Source: Candidatus Hodarchaeota archaeon
GTDB lineage: Archaea; Asgardarchaeota; Lokiarchaeia; Sigyniarchaeales; SOKP01
NCBI GenBank assembly: GCA_048887225.1
Contig: JBHLJY010000008.1
Location: forward strand, 32,001-96,000
DNA length: 64,000 bases
Reading direction: 5' to 3'
In this document: piece after piece, positions 51,586 through 61,777 of the stretch
Layout: each line of letters starts with the position of its first letter
Numbering within the stretch: position 1 is the first letter of the stretch
Program-made: the position numbers and the translations under genes
The notes under the pieces: generated by a model
Database searches by the model: none
Told to the model about the DNA's origin: nothing
Seen by the model: only the letters and a program-made list of their open reading frames with translations

Positions 51586-52398
51586 TTATATTTCTACATC
51601 CAAATCATAAGGCGGAACGCCGACATCTGCAATACCACCGTCAATTGTGAAGCAATGACCTGTAATAAAATCACTTTTACTTGAAGCTAAAAATAGTAAT
51701 AAATTTACAACATCCTCAACTGTTCCAATTCTATTCAAAGGGGTTTTTACATGTCCATCTTCCATGCTCTGTAGCATGATATCTTCTCTATTACCATATA
51801 TTCCAGTAACGTGGTATCCAGGTGTTATTGCGTTTGAAGATATATGGGGGGCTAGAGTTTTTGCTAAAAGCTTATTAAGAGCTATTACACCAGCTTTACT
51901 TATACTATAGGCCGGAACAAAAGGACTTAAACTTATTCCATAAACAGAACTAGTATGAATGACTTTACCTCTTAAAGGTTTAAAATCTTGTCTGTTCATT
52001 TGTCGACATAAAAATTTATCCACTAACCATTGACCTTTAAGATTAACATTTATAGTCCTATCCCATGCCTTTTCACCAATACGAATTACATCAAGTCCAT
52101 ATGCCAATGCTGTCCCAGCATTATTAAATAAAATATATACGTTATCAAGCTCATTAAAAGCCCGATCTGCCATTTTCTTAACAGCTTTAGAATCTACGAC
52201 ATCACATACAATTGGTATCACTTTTTGACCAGTTTTTTCTACTACTTTTTTAGCTGTTTCTTCCAATAACTCCTCATTTAAATCTACTAAAACCAAATCT
52301 GCCCCTCTTTCTGCAAATGCATATGCTACACCTCTTCCAAATCCAGAGGCTCCACCAGTAATGACAGCTCCTTTTCCTTCTAGAAATTTATCTACCAT
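51586..52398 (-). CDS. SDR family oxidoreductase (tandem paralog)
   Basis: TGGASGFG, NNAG, YSISK. Confidence 0.9.
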   Translation of the reverse strand: MVDKFLEGKGAVITGGASGFGRGVAYAFAERGADLVLVDLNEELLEETAKKVVEKTGQKVIPIVCDVVDSKAVKKMADRAFNELDNVYILFNNAGTALAYGLDVIRIGEKAWDRTINVNLKGQWLVDKFLCRQMNRQDFKPLRGKVIHTSSVYGISLSPFVPAYSISKAGVIALNKLLAKTLAPHISSNAITPGYHVTGIYGNREDIMLQSMEDGHVKTPLNRIGTVEDVVNLLLFLASSKSDFITGHCFTIDGGIADVGVPPYDLDVEI

Positions 52399-52530
52399 TT
52401 TTTAACACCTTTTTTTTAAAGATTCTTAAATTATATTTTATTTTTATTTTATTAAAAAGTTAAATAATTAAAGTTTTCCAAACAGACCTTTATTTTTTAT
52501 AAGGAAGATCATTTGTTTGAAAAATAACTT

Positions 52531-53289
52531 CTAATCATTGTTTATATGTAGTTTTTTCCACCAAATAATAACGCTAATTGTTCCGCAAATTATAATTATT
52601 CCGAAAATTAATATTACATCGTAGCCCGGTATTGCTTCCTTTTGTAAGACAATTTCCAAAAATTCATCTCCATTTTGATCATAATATTCAAGTTTTTCCA
52701 TAACACCGTTAATATCGTATGTTAATTCCACTTCATATGTAGCAGGTATTTCCTCAGTAGCACTAATTTTCGCGATAAGCGACTCATCTTCAAGATAGAC
52801 ACGAATAATCTGATGATCAAATTCATCCTTAAAATCTTCGAGATAATTAGTATATGGAATTGGTATTAACCACATTTCTATGATTTCTTCAATTAATAAA
52901 ATATCATCAGCTTGGTCTTCAGGATCCCTATAAATTTTATATTTTTCTTCTTCATCCGCATCATGCTCAAAATCGCTAGAATCATCGGTGTAATCCCAGA
53001 TATAATAGGAGATTTTCCAATATTCTGTAGATTTATCAATATCCATAATTTGATATTTCCTTAAATCATCCTCTTCAAATGCAATTTTTTCTCCAACAAA
53101 AATAGCCTCGTACGTATCTTGATCAAATTTTTCAATTTTCCATATGAAAATCTCATTTTCATTAACATCAATGCTGTATTCTACACCAGAAGCATTGATC
53201 GTGAAAATAGCAATAAAAAAAAAATTAAAAAGAATTAAACTCAACGTTAATAAAGCGAAATTCTTTTTTTTCATAGTACTTGAAAACAA
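52531..53289 (-). CDS. Acidic secreted protein with Loki-CTERM-type C-terminal anchor
   Basis: N-terminal signal; C-terminal IPGY, TM helix, then KK. Confidence 0.75.
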   Translation of the reverse strand: MFSSTMKKKNFALLTLSLILFNFFFIAIFTINASGVEYSIDVNENEIFIWKIEKFDQDTYEAIFVGEKIAFEEDDLRKYQIMDIDKSTEYWKISYYIWDYTDDSSDFEHDADEEEKYKIYRDPEDQADDILLIEEIIEMWLIPIPYTNYLEDFKDEFDHQIIRVYLEDESLIAKISATEEIPATYEVELTYDINGVMEKLEYYDQNGDEFLEIVLQKEAIPGYDVILIFGIIIICGTISVIIWWKKLHINND

Positions 53290-53379
53290 TCTTTAAATAA
53301 ATTTAATTAATATTAAGAAAAATTAAAACTAAAACTTTTATTATTTGATCTTTCTTAGAAATTATTATAAAAGAATGAG

Positions 53380-54972
53380 ATGTTCAAAATGGTTGATAAA
53401 GTATTACCTTATTTAATGAACTTAGATGAAATAATACCAGCTCGATCCAAAGCAATATTTTTAAACGAAATAGCAATGGCTTTGATAGAATGCATAAATC
53501 TTTACGGGAAAAAAATCAATAAAATGGGTAAAATTTCTAAAATTGCGATGTGTTTTTGGCCCGTTCGATTAATACCATTAAACGACACAAGAGCTTTTGT
53601 ATGTAGCTACTTGTTTAATAAGCAAGAGAAGCTAAGCATAGGAAGTTTTGCTCAAACACCTCCACCTCCCAATAATGTAATAAAAGGAGCAGATCCAACA
53701 ACATTTTTAACTTCATTAACAACTTATAACGGAACCTATTTGAAAAGAGCTAAGAACTTCAAAAGGGCACCTGTAATCCAAGAAGCTTTATTTAATTCTA
53801 ATGAAGTTGGGTACTTCAAAAACTTTTTTCTTAATCAATATAATCTAAGTTCTTTTGGTGACCCATATTTTTTCTTAGAAGGAGATCCAATTGCTAAAAG
53901 CGTAAATCAAATAAGAATTGCTCAAGATGTATACAGTTATATAGAATTAAAAGATATTCAATTGCTCGATAAATATGCACAAGATATTATCAATTTATGT
54001 GAAAAATGGATTCAAAAAGGGGATAGCCAAGTAGATAAAATGAAAGTTAAAACAGTCGATACAAGAGACGAAGAGAAAAATCTTGCAAGGTTAACTAATG
54101 AATTAAAGGAAGAAAAAGAAAAAGATTTAGAGAATTCTCCTGAAGAATTAATAAAAAGCGCAAATTATAAGGTTCCAGACAAATCAGGGGAGATTAATAA
54201 ACATCTAAACTCCATTAAAAATATTATTGAAAAATTAAAAAATGCTGTTAGTCAAAAGGATCTAACTCTACTTGACCAGGGATTTAATGATTTACAATTA
54301 AGATATAAAGATTTGGGAAATGCAATTTCTAGATATGGTAATGAGATCTTACAATTAAGAAAAAATCTTGACCAAGAAGGGAGAGATATTCAAAGAGCTC
54401 AGCAAAAAAAGATTTCAGACTTAGAAAAAAGAGTGGCCGAAGTGGAAAGACAGATTGATGAAAAGCATAAAGGATTAAGTACAGATATCACCTCGGCAGA
54501 AGATATAATAACTCAAATAAAAAATGAAAAACAATCATGCTTGAATAATATTGAAGCGACAAAAGATAAAGATCTCACCAATCTTAAAAATTTCTTTAAT
54601 TCATATACATTAGAGATAAAAACTGAGAATATTGTAGTTGGTATTCCAATTTTTATATTCTATTTTATAGATCCCAATACAAACAAAACTACAGAACGTG
54701 CTCCAATCCTTCCTATTTTAATCGATAAAGGAAAAATCCAGAGAACAAGAATCACAGACAATTTCAGAAAGGAGTTGGGTAATTTAATGAATAAATTCCC
54801 CCCAATGATCGATTTAGTCGAAAATAAAGGCGAAAAAAATAATTTAATGGAATCCATTAAAAATTTTGATACTCTAGTCGAAGATGCTGTAAATGATTTA
54901 CGTATGCAAAAGATTTTAGCTAAGAAAGAAGCTGATAGAGCTAAAGAGATAATTAGTTCCTTAGTCTGGTAA
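53380..54972 (+). CDS. Coiled-coil protein with globular N- and C-terminal segments
   Basis: About 200 aa of heptad-rich sequence between FWPVRLIP and VVGIPIFIFYF beta segments. Confidence 0.65.
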   Translation: MFKMVDKVLPYLMNLDEIIPARSKAIFLNEIAMALIECINLYGKKINKMGKISKIAMCFWPVRLIPLNDTRAFVCSYLFNKQEKLSIGSFAQTPPPPNNVIKGADPTTFLTSLTTYNGTYLKRAKNFKRAPVIQEALFNSNEVGYFKNFFLNQYNLSSFGDPYFFLEGDPIAKSVNQIRIAQDVYSYIELKDIQLLDKYAQDIINLCEKWIQKGDSQVDKMKVKTVDTRDEEKNLARLTNELKEEKEKDLENSPEELIKSANYKVPDKSGEINKHLNSIKNIIEKLKNAVSQKDLTLLDQGFNDLQLRYKDLGNAISRYGNEILQLRKNLDQEGRDIQRAQQKKISDLEKRVAEVERQIDEKHKGLSTDITSAEDIITQIKNEKQSCLNNIEATKDKDLTNLKNFFNSYTLEIKTENIVVGIPIFIFYFIDPNTNKTTERAPILPILIDKGKIQRTRITDNFRKELGNLMNKFPPMIDLVENKGEKNNLMESIKNFDTLVEDAVNDLRMQKILAKKEADRAKEIISSLVW

Positions 54973-55007
54973 GCTCAGTCTTAAAATCTTTTTATTTTTA
55001 TTTTTAC

Positions 55008-55166
55008 CTAGATATATGACATCTCTTTTCCACAGCATTTAGGTTTAGTAATATAACCACATTTTTCACAACAGCATAATAATTCATCTTTAATAATCAT
55101 TGATTGATCACAGCACGATGGTATATCTTTTTCAGTTCCACAAATATCGCAAACCAATTTTGGAAT
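55008..55166 (-). CDS. 52-aa Cys-rich microprotein, tandem desulforedoxin-like motifs
   Basis: Manual translation (M)PKLVCDICGTEKDIPSCCDQSMIIKDELLCCCEKCGYITKPKCCGKEMSYI*; GAGGTG RBS 8 nt before ATT; below the track's length cutoff. Confidence 0.8.
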   Translation of the reverse strand: MPKLVCDICGTEKDIPSCCDQSMIIKDELLCCCEKCGYITKPKCCGKEMSYI

Positions 55167-55313
55167 TTTTATAACACCTCTCTTAATGACTCTACTAATA
55201 TCTAAACAAAATTTGCTAACTAAAATGCTCTTATTATATGATATAAAGCCTTTGAAGCAATTAATTTATAAAAAAAAGTGAAAAGTAGCAACCTCTTGTG
55301 AATTATTAGAAAT

Positions 55314-56132
55314 CTATTTGGAATTATTACTTTTTTCACAAAATTTAAAATCTGACACCTGCGACAATTCCAATAAACCCTCATGCAGAAATCTTACTCG
55401 TTTTTCCCATTCGAGAGGAGATTGAAATTGTTTTACCCATTCTTTATACCCTAACTCTGTAATTTCCACCTTAAACTTATCTGGGGTCTCCCATTCTAGC
55501 CCCTCCACTTCTATATATTGCTTTTTAGTAGCCCAATTCCAAAAAAATAAAGGCCATGTGCAATAAAAACCGGTTGCGGTTTCATTTTTTACTCTCATAA
55601 TTTTTTCGCCTAATTCTTTAGTAAAAATGCCACACACAGATATAATGTCCTTAGTTTCAAGGAATCCTAATGTTTTAGAGACAATTTCATTAATGATAAT
55701 TTCTGTTTTTTGTTGAGTTGAAGGATGAGTATCGAATGCTCTTGAAGTACGACCTATGTGTAAATAATCCACATCTATTTTTTTGTTAATTAAATTAGTA
55801 AGTTCGTTTGGATAAGCATGGATCCAATGGATTAATCTATCAAAATCGATATAAAAGATTTTTTCAGTTTGTTGTTTTTCTATATTATTTAAAGTTGTCT
55901 TAAGCGCTTTTCGATATATGTCAATTTGTCTCATACTTGACCCAATAATTACCATAAAACCCTCTCGAGATAGAAATTTGTAGACTTTTTCAGAAGTAGT
56001 AGGGGTTAAGCAAACGATAGTCTTTATGAAGAGTTTTTTAATGATAGAAGCAACTTTCTTCAATAAATTTTTCAGTTTAAATTCAGGATCATGATGGGTG
56101 GAACATAATAAAAAATTAGTTGATTTAATCAT
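55314..56132 (-). CDS. Hypothetical protein, possible GT-A-like fold
   Basis: THHDP, YIDFDR (DxD-like), GLEWETPD. Confidence 0.5.
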   Translation of the reverse strand: MIKSTNFLLCSTHHDPEFKLKNLLKKVASIIKKLFIKTIVCLTPTTSEKVYKFLSREGFMVIIGSSMRQIDIYRKALKTTLNNIEKQQTEKIFYIDFDRLIHWIHAYPNELTNLINKKIDVDYLHIGRTSRAFDTHPSTQQKTEIIINEIVSKTLGFLETKDIISVCGIFTKELGEKIMRVKNETATGFYCTWPLFFWNWATKKQYIEVEGLEWETPDKFKVEITELGYKEWVKQFQSPLEWEKRVRFLHEGLLELSQVSDFKFCEKSNNSK

Positions 56133-56170
56133 AATTTAATTTAAAAAATTTTTAGTTTAATGCTCTCAAT

Positions 56171-56416
56171 TTATTTCTCCCAGGATCGCATGATAACATG
56201 CGTGTTTGTGTTAATAATTCCATCGATTAAATCAATTTTCTTAGCAAAAGCTTCGTATAACTCGTCTGATGAATGTACCTCAATTTCAGCAAGAATATCA
56301 TAATCTCCCGTCAATGAAAAAATTTTTTTAATTTCGGGTATCTTTTTAAATTCTTCAATGACTTTTGTCATAGCCATATGATGAACCTGACAGAATATAA
56401 CTGCCCTTATTGTCAT
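56171..56416 (-). CDS. Stand-alone Lrp/AsnC ligand-binding (RAM) domain protein
   Basis: IPEIKKIFSLTGDYDILAEI...IDGIINTNTHV; no HTH; ATG 56416. Confidence 0.88.
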   Translation of the reverse strand: MTIRAVIFCQVHHMAMTKVIEEFKKIPEIKKIFSLTGDYDILAEIEVHSSDELYEAFAKKIDLIDGIINTNTHVIMRSWEK

Positions 56417-56433
56417 ATACGAAAACACTTACA

Positions 56434-57741
56434 TTAAGATATTTTATAGATTTTATTAATAAAAAGTATCCTTATATTTTTAATTTCCTCTAAATTCCTT
56501 AGTTTTTCGTTTATTAAACTATAAAATTCTCTAATTGAATTTGTTCTTATATTTACTAATATATCATGCGTTCCTACTAATGATTGGATTAAATAGATTC
56601 CATTAAATTTTAATATTTTTAGAGCTAAACCTTTCAATGTTCCCTTTTTTTTATTTATGAGTAAATAAGCGTTAACCTTATTTGATGACTCATGAACATA
56701 TCGTAATAATATTGACATTATTAATAAAAATAAGACGATTGTTAAAAACATTAAAGGAAAAGAATCAGCACCAAAAAATACTCCAAAAAAAATCCCACCT
56801 ATTGGCTCAATTATGGTTAAAATACAATTCCATTGACGATATGTTAGGTTATATGGACTCCATTTAGCGTAAGCAATAAATATTAAGAGATAAGGGACAA
56901 TAGTCGCAAGAAGAATTAAAAAGATAATCTCCCAAAGAAGTAAAATTTGATTAATAGACGAAATATTGTTAAAAAATTGCTCTATTTCAAAAGTTAAATC
57001 GGTTTGAACAGGGATTAAGTATAAAATAAAAATAAATGGAAACATTAAAGCAATTCCAGTTAGAAATGTTAGAGAAATTTTAATGAGCAGTCTTGGTATC
57101 TTATAATTATCATTTTTATTTATTATTTTTATCTCTTCTTTAGAATATACATCTCTATCTACTGTAATCTGAAAAAATGCTAGAAATAATGTAAAAAGAA
57201 TAATGTAAAGAAAGCCTATTTGTGTGAATCTAGCAGCGGATTCTTGTGATTTAATAAAAATTATAATCCCTATTGAAAAAATTAATATTATGATGTAAAG
57301 ACTTTTAAAAAAATCTAACTTTTCGGATTGAGCGCCATGTTCGTAAAACGCTATTATTATTATAGATAATTGAAATCCAATCATGGTCAATGATATAGTT
57401 GTAATTTTTAAAGCTAAGAAAAAGAAAATTAACTGCATAATTATTCCAAAAAATCCCATAATAGCAAAATAAAAAACATATCTAAGATTAAGAAAGCTTT
57501 CGTTTTTAGAGATGGTAAATCTAAATAATTCTTTTAATGAAATAGTTTCTTTTGTAGTATATTTATTATTTATTAATACATATAGAACTGCTAATGCAAG
57601 CAAAATAACACCAGAAACAAAAAACCGAAGGAAAATAATTGTTATAATTGAAATTTCATTAAATAATCCATATACGATAACGGGTATAAGACTCCATAGA
57701 GTATTAGCCGCTATGATATAAAAAATATGTTTATTTTCCAT
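56434..57741 (-). CDS. EamA/DMT transporter fused to a C-terminal Lrp/AsnC domain
   Basis: ANTLWS..FLRF..IIEPIGG DMT pattern over about 10 TM; C-terminal VNAYLLI...SLVGTHDILV...LRNLEEIKNI. Confidence 0.78.
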   Translation of the reverse strand: MENKHIFYIIAANTLWSLIPVIVYGLFNEISIITIIFLRFFVSGVILLALAVLYVLINNKYTTKETISLKELFRFTISKNESFLNLRYVFYFAIMGFFGIIMQLIFFFLALKITTISLTMIGFQLSIIIIAFYEHGAQSEKLDFFKSLYIIILIFSIGIIIFIKSQESAARFTQIGFLYIILFTLFLAFFQITVDRDVYSKEEIKIINKNDNYKIPRLLIKISLTFLTGIALMFPFIFILYLIPVQTDLTFEIEQFFNNISSINQILLLWEIIFLILLATIVPYLLIFIAYAKWSPYNLTYRQWNCILTIIEPIGGIFFGVFFGADSFPLMFLTIVLFLLIMSILLRYVHESSNKVNAYLLINKKKGTLKGLALKILKFNGIYLIQSLVGTHDILVNIRTNSIREFYSLINEKLRNLEEIKNIRILFINKIYKIS

Positions 57742-57815
57742 AATTTCAATTGTATTTATTTATAAAATTTTAAGCTTAATCTATTTATATGTAAGACTAT
57801 TATTAGAAATTATCT

Positions 57816-58736
57816 ATGCCAAGAATTTTAATTACAGGGGCCACAGGTTTTATTGGAGGTTATCTTGTGAAATATTTTATTAATAAAAGTTGTCAAATCG
57901 TAGCACATGGAAGTTCAAATGAATCTATTAATAAACTTAAAAGGCATCTAACGAATAATAATATATATTTTAAAAACATTGATTTTTGGGAACAGAATTT
58001 TTTAGATAATGACTGGGATTTTCCTAATTTCTTGAAAATTAATAATGTAATTCATTGTGCCGCAGCTACTAACGTAAGAGAAGGCACAATTGAAAATTAC
58101 GATAAATATTTTAGCTTAAACGTGTTAGCAACGAAAAAGTTAGCAAAAAAAGCCTTAGATGCAGATATTGATCACTTTATTCATTTATCATCTGGTCAAG
58201 TTTTTGGGATACCTCATTCCTTTCCCATTACAGAAAACACGCCTAAAACTCCAATTAATTTATATGGATTTACTAAATTAATGGGTGAAAATATAATACT
58301 CTCTTTTGGGAGTTTAGGCTTAAAATATACAATAGTAAGACCTTTCTCTGTGTACGGAAAAGGACAACACAATATACTTACAATAATTAAAAATAAAATA
58401 ATGAACGATGAACCTCTAACTATTTTTGGAGATGGAACACAATCTCGAGCATTTACACATGTTAACGATATATGTGACGCAATTGGCATTATTCTTAATA
58501 ATCAGAGATGTTTCGGTGAAGAGTATAACTTATCTGGTATAAAAGAATATTCAATCAATGAATTAGTTCAGATTTTCTCCAAAAAATTAAAAAAGAAACC
58601 AAAAATAGTGTATAAAGACGCTAACGTAAATGAATTAAAACGAAATATAGCAGATACTAGTAAAATTCAGAGGTTGGATTTTAAGTATAAAAAATCTCTT
58701 GACAAATTTATTGAAAATGAATTAATTCAAACTTAA
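57816..58736 (+). CDS. NAD-dependent epimerase/dehydratase
   Basis: ITGATGFIG, HCAA, YGFTK, RPFSVYG, GDGTQSRAFTHV. Confidence 0.9.
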   Translation: MPRILITGATGFIGGYLVKYFINKSCQIVAHGSSNESINKLKRHLTNNNIYFKNIDFWEQNFLDNDWDFPNFLKINNVIHCAAATNVREGTIENYDKYFSLNVLATKKLAKKALDADIDHFIHLSSGQVFGIPHSFPITENTPKTPINLYGFTKLMGENIILSFGSLGLKYTIVRPFSVYGKGQHNILTIIKNKIMNDEPLTIFGDGTQSRAFTHVNDICDAIGIILNNQRCFGEEYNLSGIKEYSINELVQIFSKKLKKKPKIVYKDANVNELKRNIADTSKIQRLDFKYKKSLDKFIENELIQT

Positions 58737-58739
58737 TTC

Positions 58740-60353
58740 TCAAGAAGTGCATTGTTCGAAGTAAAGTAATCGATCTAAAAAAGCGAGTGCTAAATAAAAT
58801 ATTATATTTATTTGAACTTCTGCGGCTAAATGTTCAAGTTCCCAAGAGTCTTTTTGTTGATTATGTTTCCCAAGATTTAATAATTCTACCACGCCGTAAT
58901 TAGCAATGAAATTCTCATAGTTGTATAAGAAAACTTTTTCTTTGCCAAAATGACGACAAATATCTAAATCATCAATATATTCTTTATCATCCATGTAATC
59001 AGTATCGTTAAAAATTTTTTTTAATGTTCCAATGAAAACATAATGTTCGCCGGCCGGAAAATCACCGCATTCCTTCTCAGACATTCCAACTCGATGATAA
59101 AAATTGTATGCAGATAAGATATTCAATTTCTCATCTTCCACCTGGCCAAAGATATTTTTTTTCACGTTCTCTGAAATATCTTCCACAGAATCACCCATAC
59201 TTACTATCGCCGCGCCTACTCTATAAATCATTGTAATAGAAAAGTCCCAAACAACATTGAGACTATATATATTTCGAATAAATAATTCAATATCTCCATC
59301 CCCATCTAATTCGTCTAAATAAGGGGTTATTCTTATAATTCCTGCCTCTTTTCCATCTTCTTGAATTTCTTCAACTAAATTTTCTATATTTTCATTAGCT
59401 TTTTTTATTTCTTTCTTTGTTGGATAATTCTCTATAAAATAATTAATACTAGTTATTATGGGTTTTTCTCTGACTTTTTCAATATATTTTACAGGAGGTT
59501 CAGCATCTACAACAAATGCTTTAACAAATGAACTTTCAAATATCCCCTCATCAATAAACCATTGTTTGAACTTTTTATAAAGAGGTAAAAATTCATCTGT
59601 ATTATCCATATTAATGAATGGATCCTCAGAAGCTAAAAGAGAGAAGTAAAGGTTAACACCATGAGCAATAGCTAATTTATATTTATCCATAAGACCGCTC
59701 TTATTAAAAGTTCGAGCGTTTATAGCAGGCATAAAACCAATATTATAACTTCTACAAATTTCATAGATGGACTCATCATCCGGCAAATCAAAAGGATCTG
59801 TCCAAAATATTAATTCCGGATTAGTCTTTGGTTTTATTGTAATTTCATTTTCTGGAACTGCCAAGTTAAATATACTTACTATTGCTAAGGAACTTAGAAT
59901 TAGAATTAAAAAAATTCTTATCTTATTTAACCTTGATTTTTTTTTTTTCTTTTTTTTTTTCTTAATGAATTTTAAGCAAAAATAATTTCCTATGATTCCA
60001 ATCAAAAAAAGGATTATCATTAGAGTTTTTAGAACAATTAAAGATTTTAAACGAATCAGGAAGATAATTCCAGCTCCAGAAATAAATGAAATACTACTAA
60101 AATACAATATTCTGAAATTTCTATGTTTTATTCCTAAATTAAATATAATAATATTTATGGAAATCGTTGCCATTTGCCAAAATAGAATATATTTAAAATC
60201 TAAGAACAGCAACCTTGAAAATACAGAAAGTAGAATCAGTTCAAAGAATGAGAAAAACAAAATTGAAATTATTAAAAAAAAATAAATTGAAATAAATTGT
60301 TTCTTAAGATACTTCCTAAGATGTAGTTCCTGTTTCATTCTTAGAGATTTCAT
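58740..60353 (-). CDS. Multi-TM membrane protein with large acidic soluble domain
   Basis: About five N-terminal TM segments, VVDAEPP-containing domain, C-terminal hydrophobic segment. Confidence 0.6.
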   Translation of the reverse strand: MKSLRMKQELHLRKYLKKQFISIYFFLIISILFFSFFELILLSVFSRLLFLDFKYILFWQMATISINIIIFNLGIKHRNFRILYFSSISFISGAGIIFLIRLKSLIVLKTLMIILFLIGIIGNYFCLKFIKKKKKKKKKSRLNKIRIFLILILSSLAIVSIFNLAVPENEITIKPKTNPELIFWTDPFDLPDDESIYEICRSYNIGFMPAINARTFNKSGLMDKYKLAIAHGVNLYFSLLASEDPFINMDNTDEFLPLYKKFKQWFIDEGIFESSFVKAFVVDAEPPVKYIEKVREKPIITSINYFIENYPTKKEIKKANENIENLVEEIQEDGKEAGIIRITPYLDELDGDGDIELFIRNIYSLNVVWDFSITMIYRVGAAIVSMGDSVEDISENVKKNIFGQVEDEKLNILSAYNFYHRVGMSEKECGDFPAGEHYVFIGTLKKIFNDTDYMDDKEYIDDLDICRHFGKEKVFLYNYENFIANYGVVELLNLGKHNQQKDSWELEHLAAEVQINIIFYLALAFLDRLLYFEQCTS

Positions 60354-60503
60354 CAGATATAGTTTAGCTATTACAAATAATTGATTGATTATTAAATATT
60401 TCTTAATTTTTAATAAAAATTACACTTTTTAGCAATAAAACTAAAAAATATAAATTCTAAAGGGTTTTTAAAATCAATTATTAACTATGAAACTTGAGTT
60501 AAA

Positions 60504-61022
60504 TTGAACGAAGAATTAGAAAAACTTTCGAAAGACAAGTTAATTGAATATATTGGAGATATATCCAAAAATTGGTTAGCCATTGATGGTACTTGGTTTT
60601 TAGCAGTAGAAGAAAAATTCGGTATAGAGAACGCTATTGAACTCGATGCAAAGTCGTGGGAACGATTTACCATCATTGAAGCTAAGAGAATTATGGAAAG
60701 ACTTAAAATTCCTCACGGAGGGGGAATACCTGCACTTATTAAAGCTCTGAAATTCCGAGTTTACGCTAATATCAACAAACAAGAAATTATTGAGGTTTCC
60801 GATAACAGATGTGTATTCCGTATGAATGATTGTAGAGTTCAATCTGCTAGGAAAAGAAAAGGTCTGCCTGACTTTCCATGTAAATCAGTTGGTTTAGTTG
60901 AATATTATGGATTTGCCCAGACTATTGATCCAAGAATTCAAACCAAATGCATTTGTTGTCCTCCAGATCCTCACCCAGAAGATTATTATTGTTCGTGGGA
61001 ATTTACAATTAACGATTTTTAG
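60504..61022 (+). CDS. DUF6125 family protein (V4R-like, Cys-containing)
   Basis: WLAIDGTWFLAVEEKFG, CRVQSARKRKG..FPCK, CICCPPD..CSWEF. Confidence 0.78.
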   Translation: MNEELEKLSKDKLIEYIGDISKNWLAIDGTWFLAVEEKFGIENAIELDAKSWERFTIIEAKRIMERLKIPHGGGIPALIKALKFRVYANINKQEIIEVSDNRCVFRMNDCRVQSARKRKGLPDFPCKSVGLVEYYGFAQTIDPRIQTKCICCPPDPHPEDYYCSWEFTINDF

Positions 61023-61132
61023 TTTTAAACAGTGTAAAAATGCGAATAGTTAAAAATAAAATATCATAAATATTAAAATATAAAACATTTGAAACAAAAT
61101 TTTAACAAAAAATGATTTGAGTGGAGAGATTC

Positions 61133-61543
61133 ATGTCTGAAAATGAAATTAGAAATCAAATAGCTTCGAAAGAAGATGAAATCACTAAAATTGAGGAGGA
61201 CGCTAATAAAAAAGAAGCTGCCGCTGATAATGAAGTTGCTGCTGATTTTGACACAAAAATAGCAGAAGTTGAAAGCACATTATCTGCCGAAAAAACTAGT
61301 TTAGAGGAAGCTTCCTCAAAAGCAGCAGAATGGATAGCAAAAAAGAAGGAATTATCTATTAATGTTAAAAGCTTGAGAGCTGAGTATAAACAATTAAATA
61401 AAGAAAAATCAATAGCTCTAAAAGCAAAATTAAAGGAAATTAACCTTGAAAAGAAAAATAAGATCACCCCACTTAACAAAGAAATTAAAGCTTTACTAAA
61501 AGAATTAAAAGTCTTGGAAAAAGTAACAAAACGAGGAGGATAA
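61133..61543 (+). CDS. Small coiled-coil protein
   Basis: Heptad-rich, acidic N-half and basic C-half; ATG 61133 after GGAG. Confidence 0.7.
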   Translation: MSENEIRNQIASKEDEITKIEEDANKKEAAADNEVAADFDTKIAEVESTLSAEKTSLEEASSKAAEWIAKKKELSINVKSLRAEYKQLNKEKSIALKAKLKEINLEKKNKITPLNKEIKALLKELKVLEKVTKRGG

Positions 61544-61777
61544 GACTAGTTAATAGGGAATTACTTTCTTTTCTTATTTTTTATTTATCCGTTTTCCTTA
61601 CGTTTTTTTATCAAAAACTTAATACTCATCTAATTTAATTTAGGCTGCCTACTTACTCAATGTTTCAAAATAAATTTAATTAACTATATTAAATGTTTAT
61701 TATTAACTTAGTAAATTTTTATACAATTCGACACTATCACCTTTTATTTTGTATTTTTATTAAAAGCAAGAGTAAAA

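Noticed and set aside
58722-58751. C-T-S-UGA at the end of the 58740-60353 gene resembling a CxxU motif
   Set aside because: Readthrough adds only five residues overlapping the convergent gene, no SECIS-like hairpin is seen downstream, and the protein has no redox-family context
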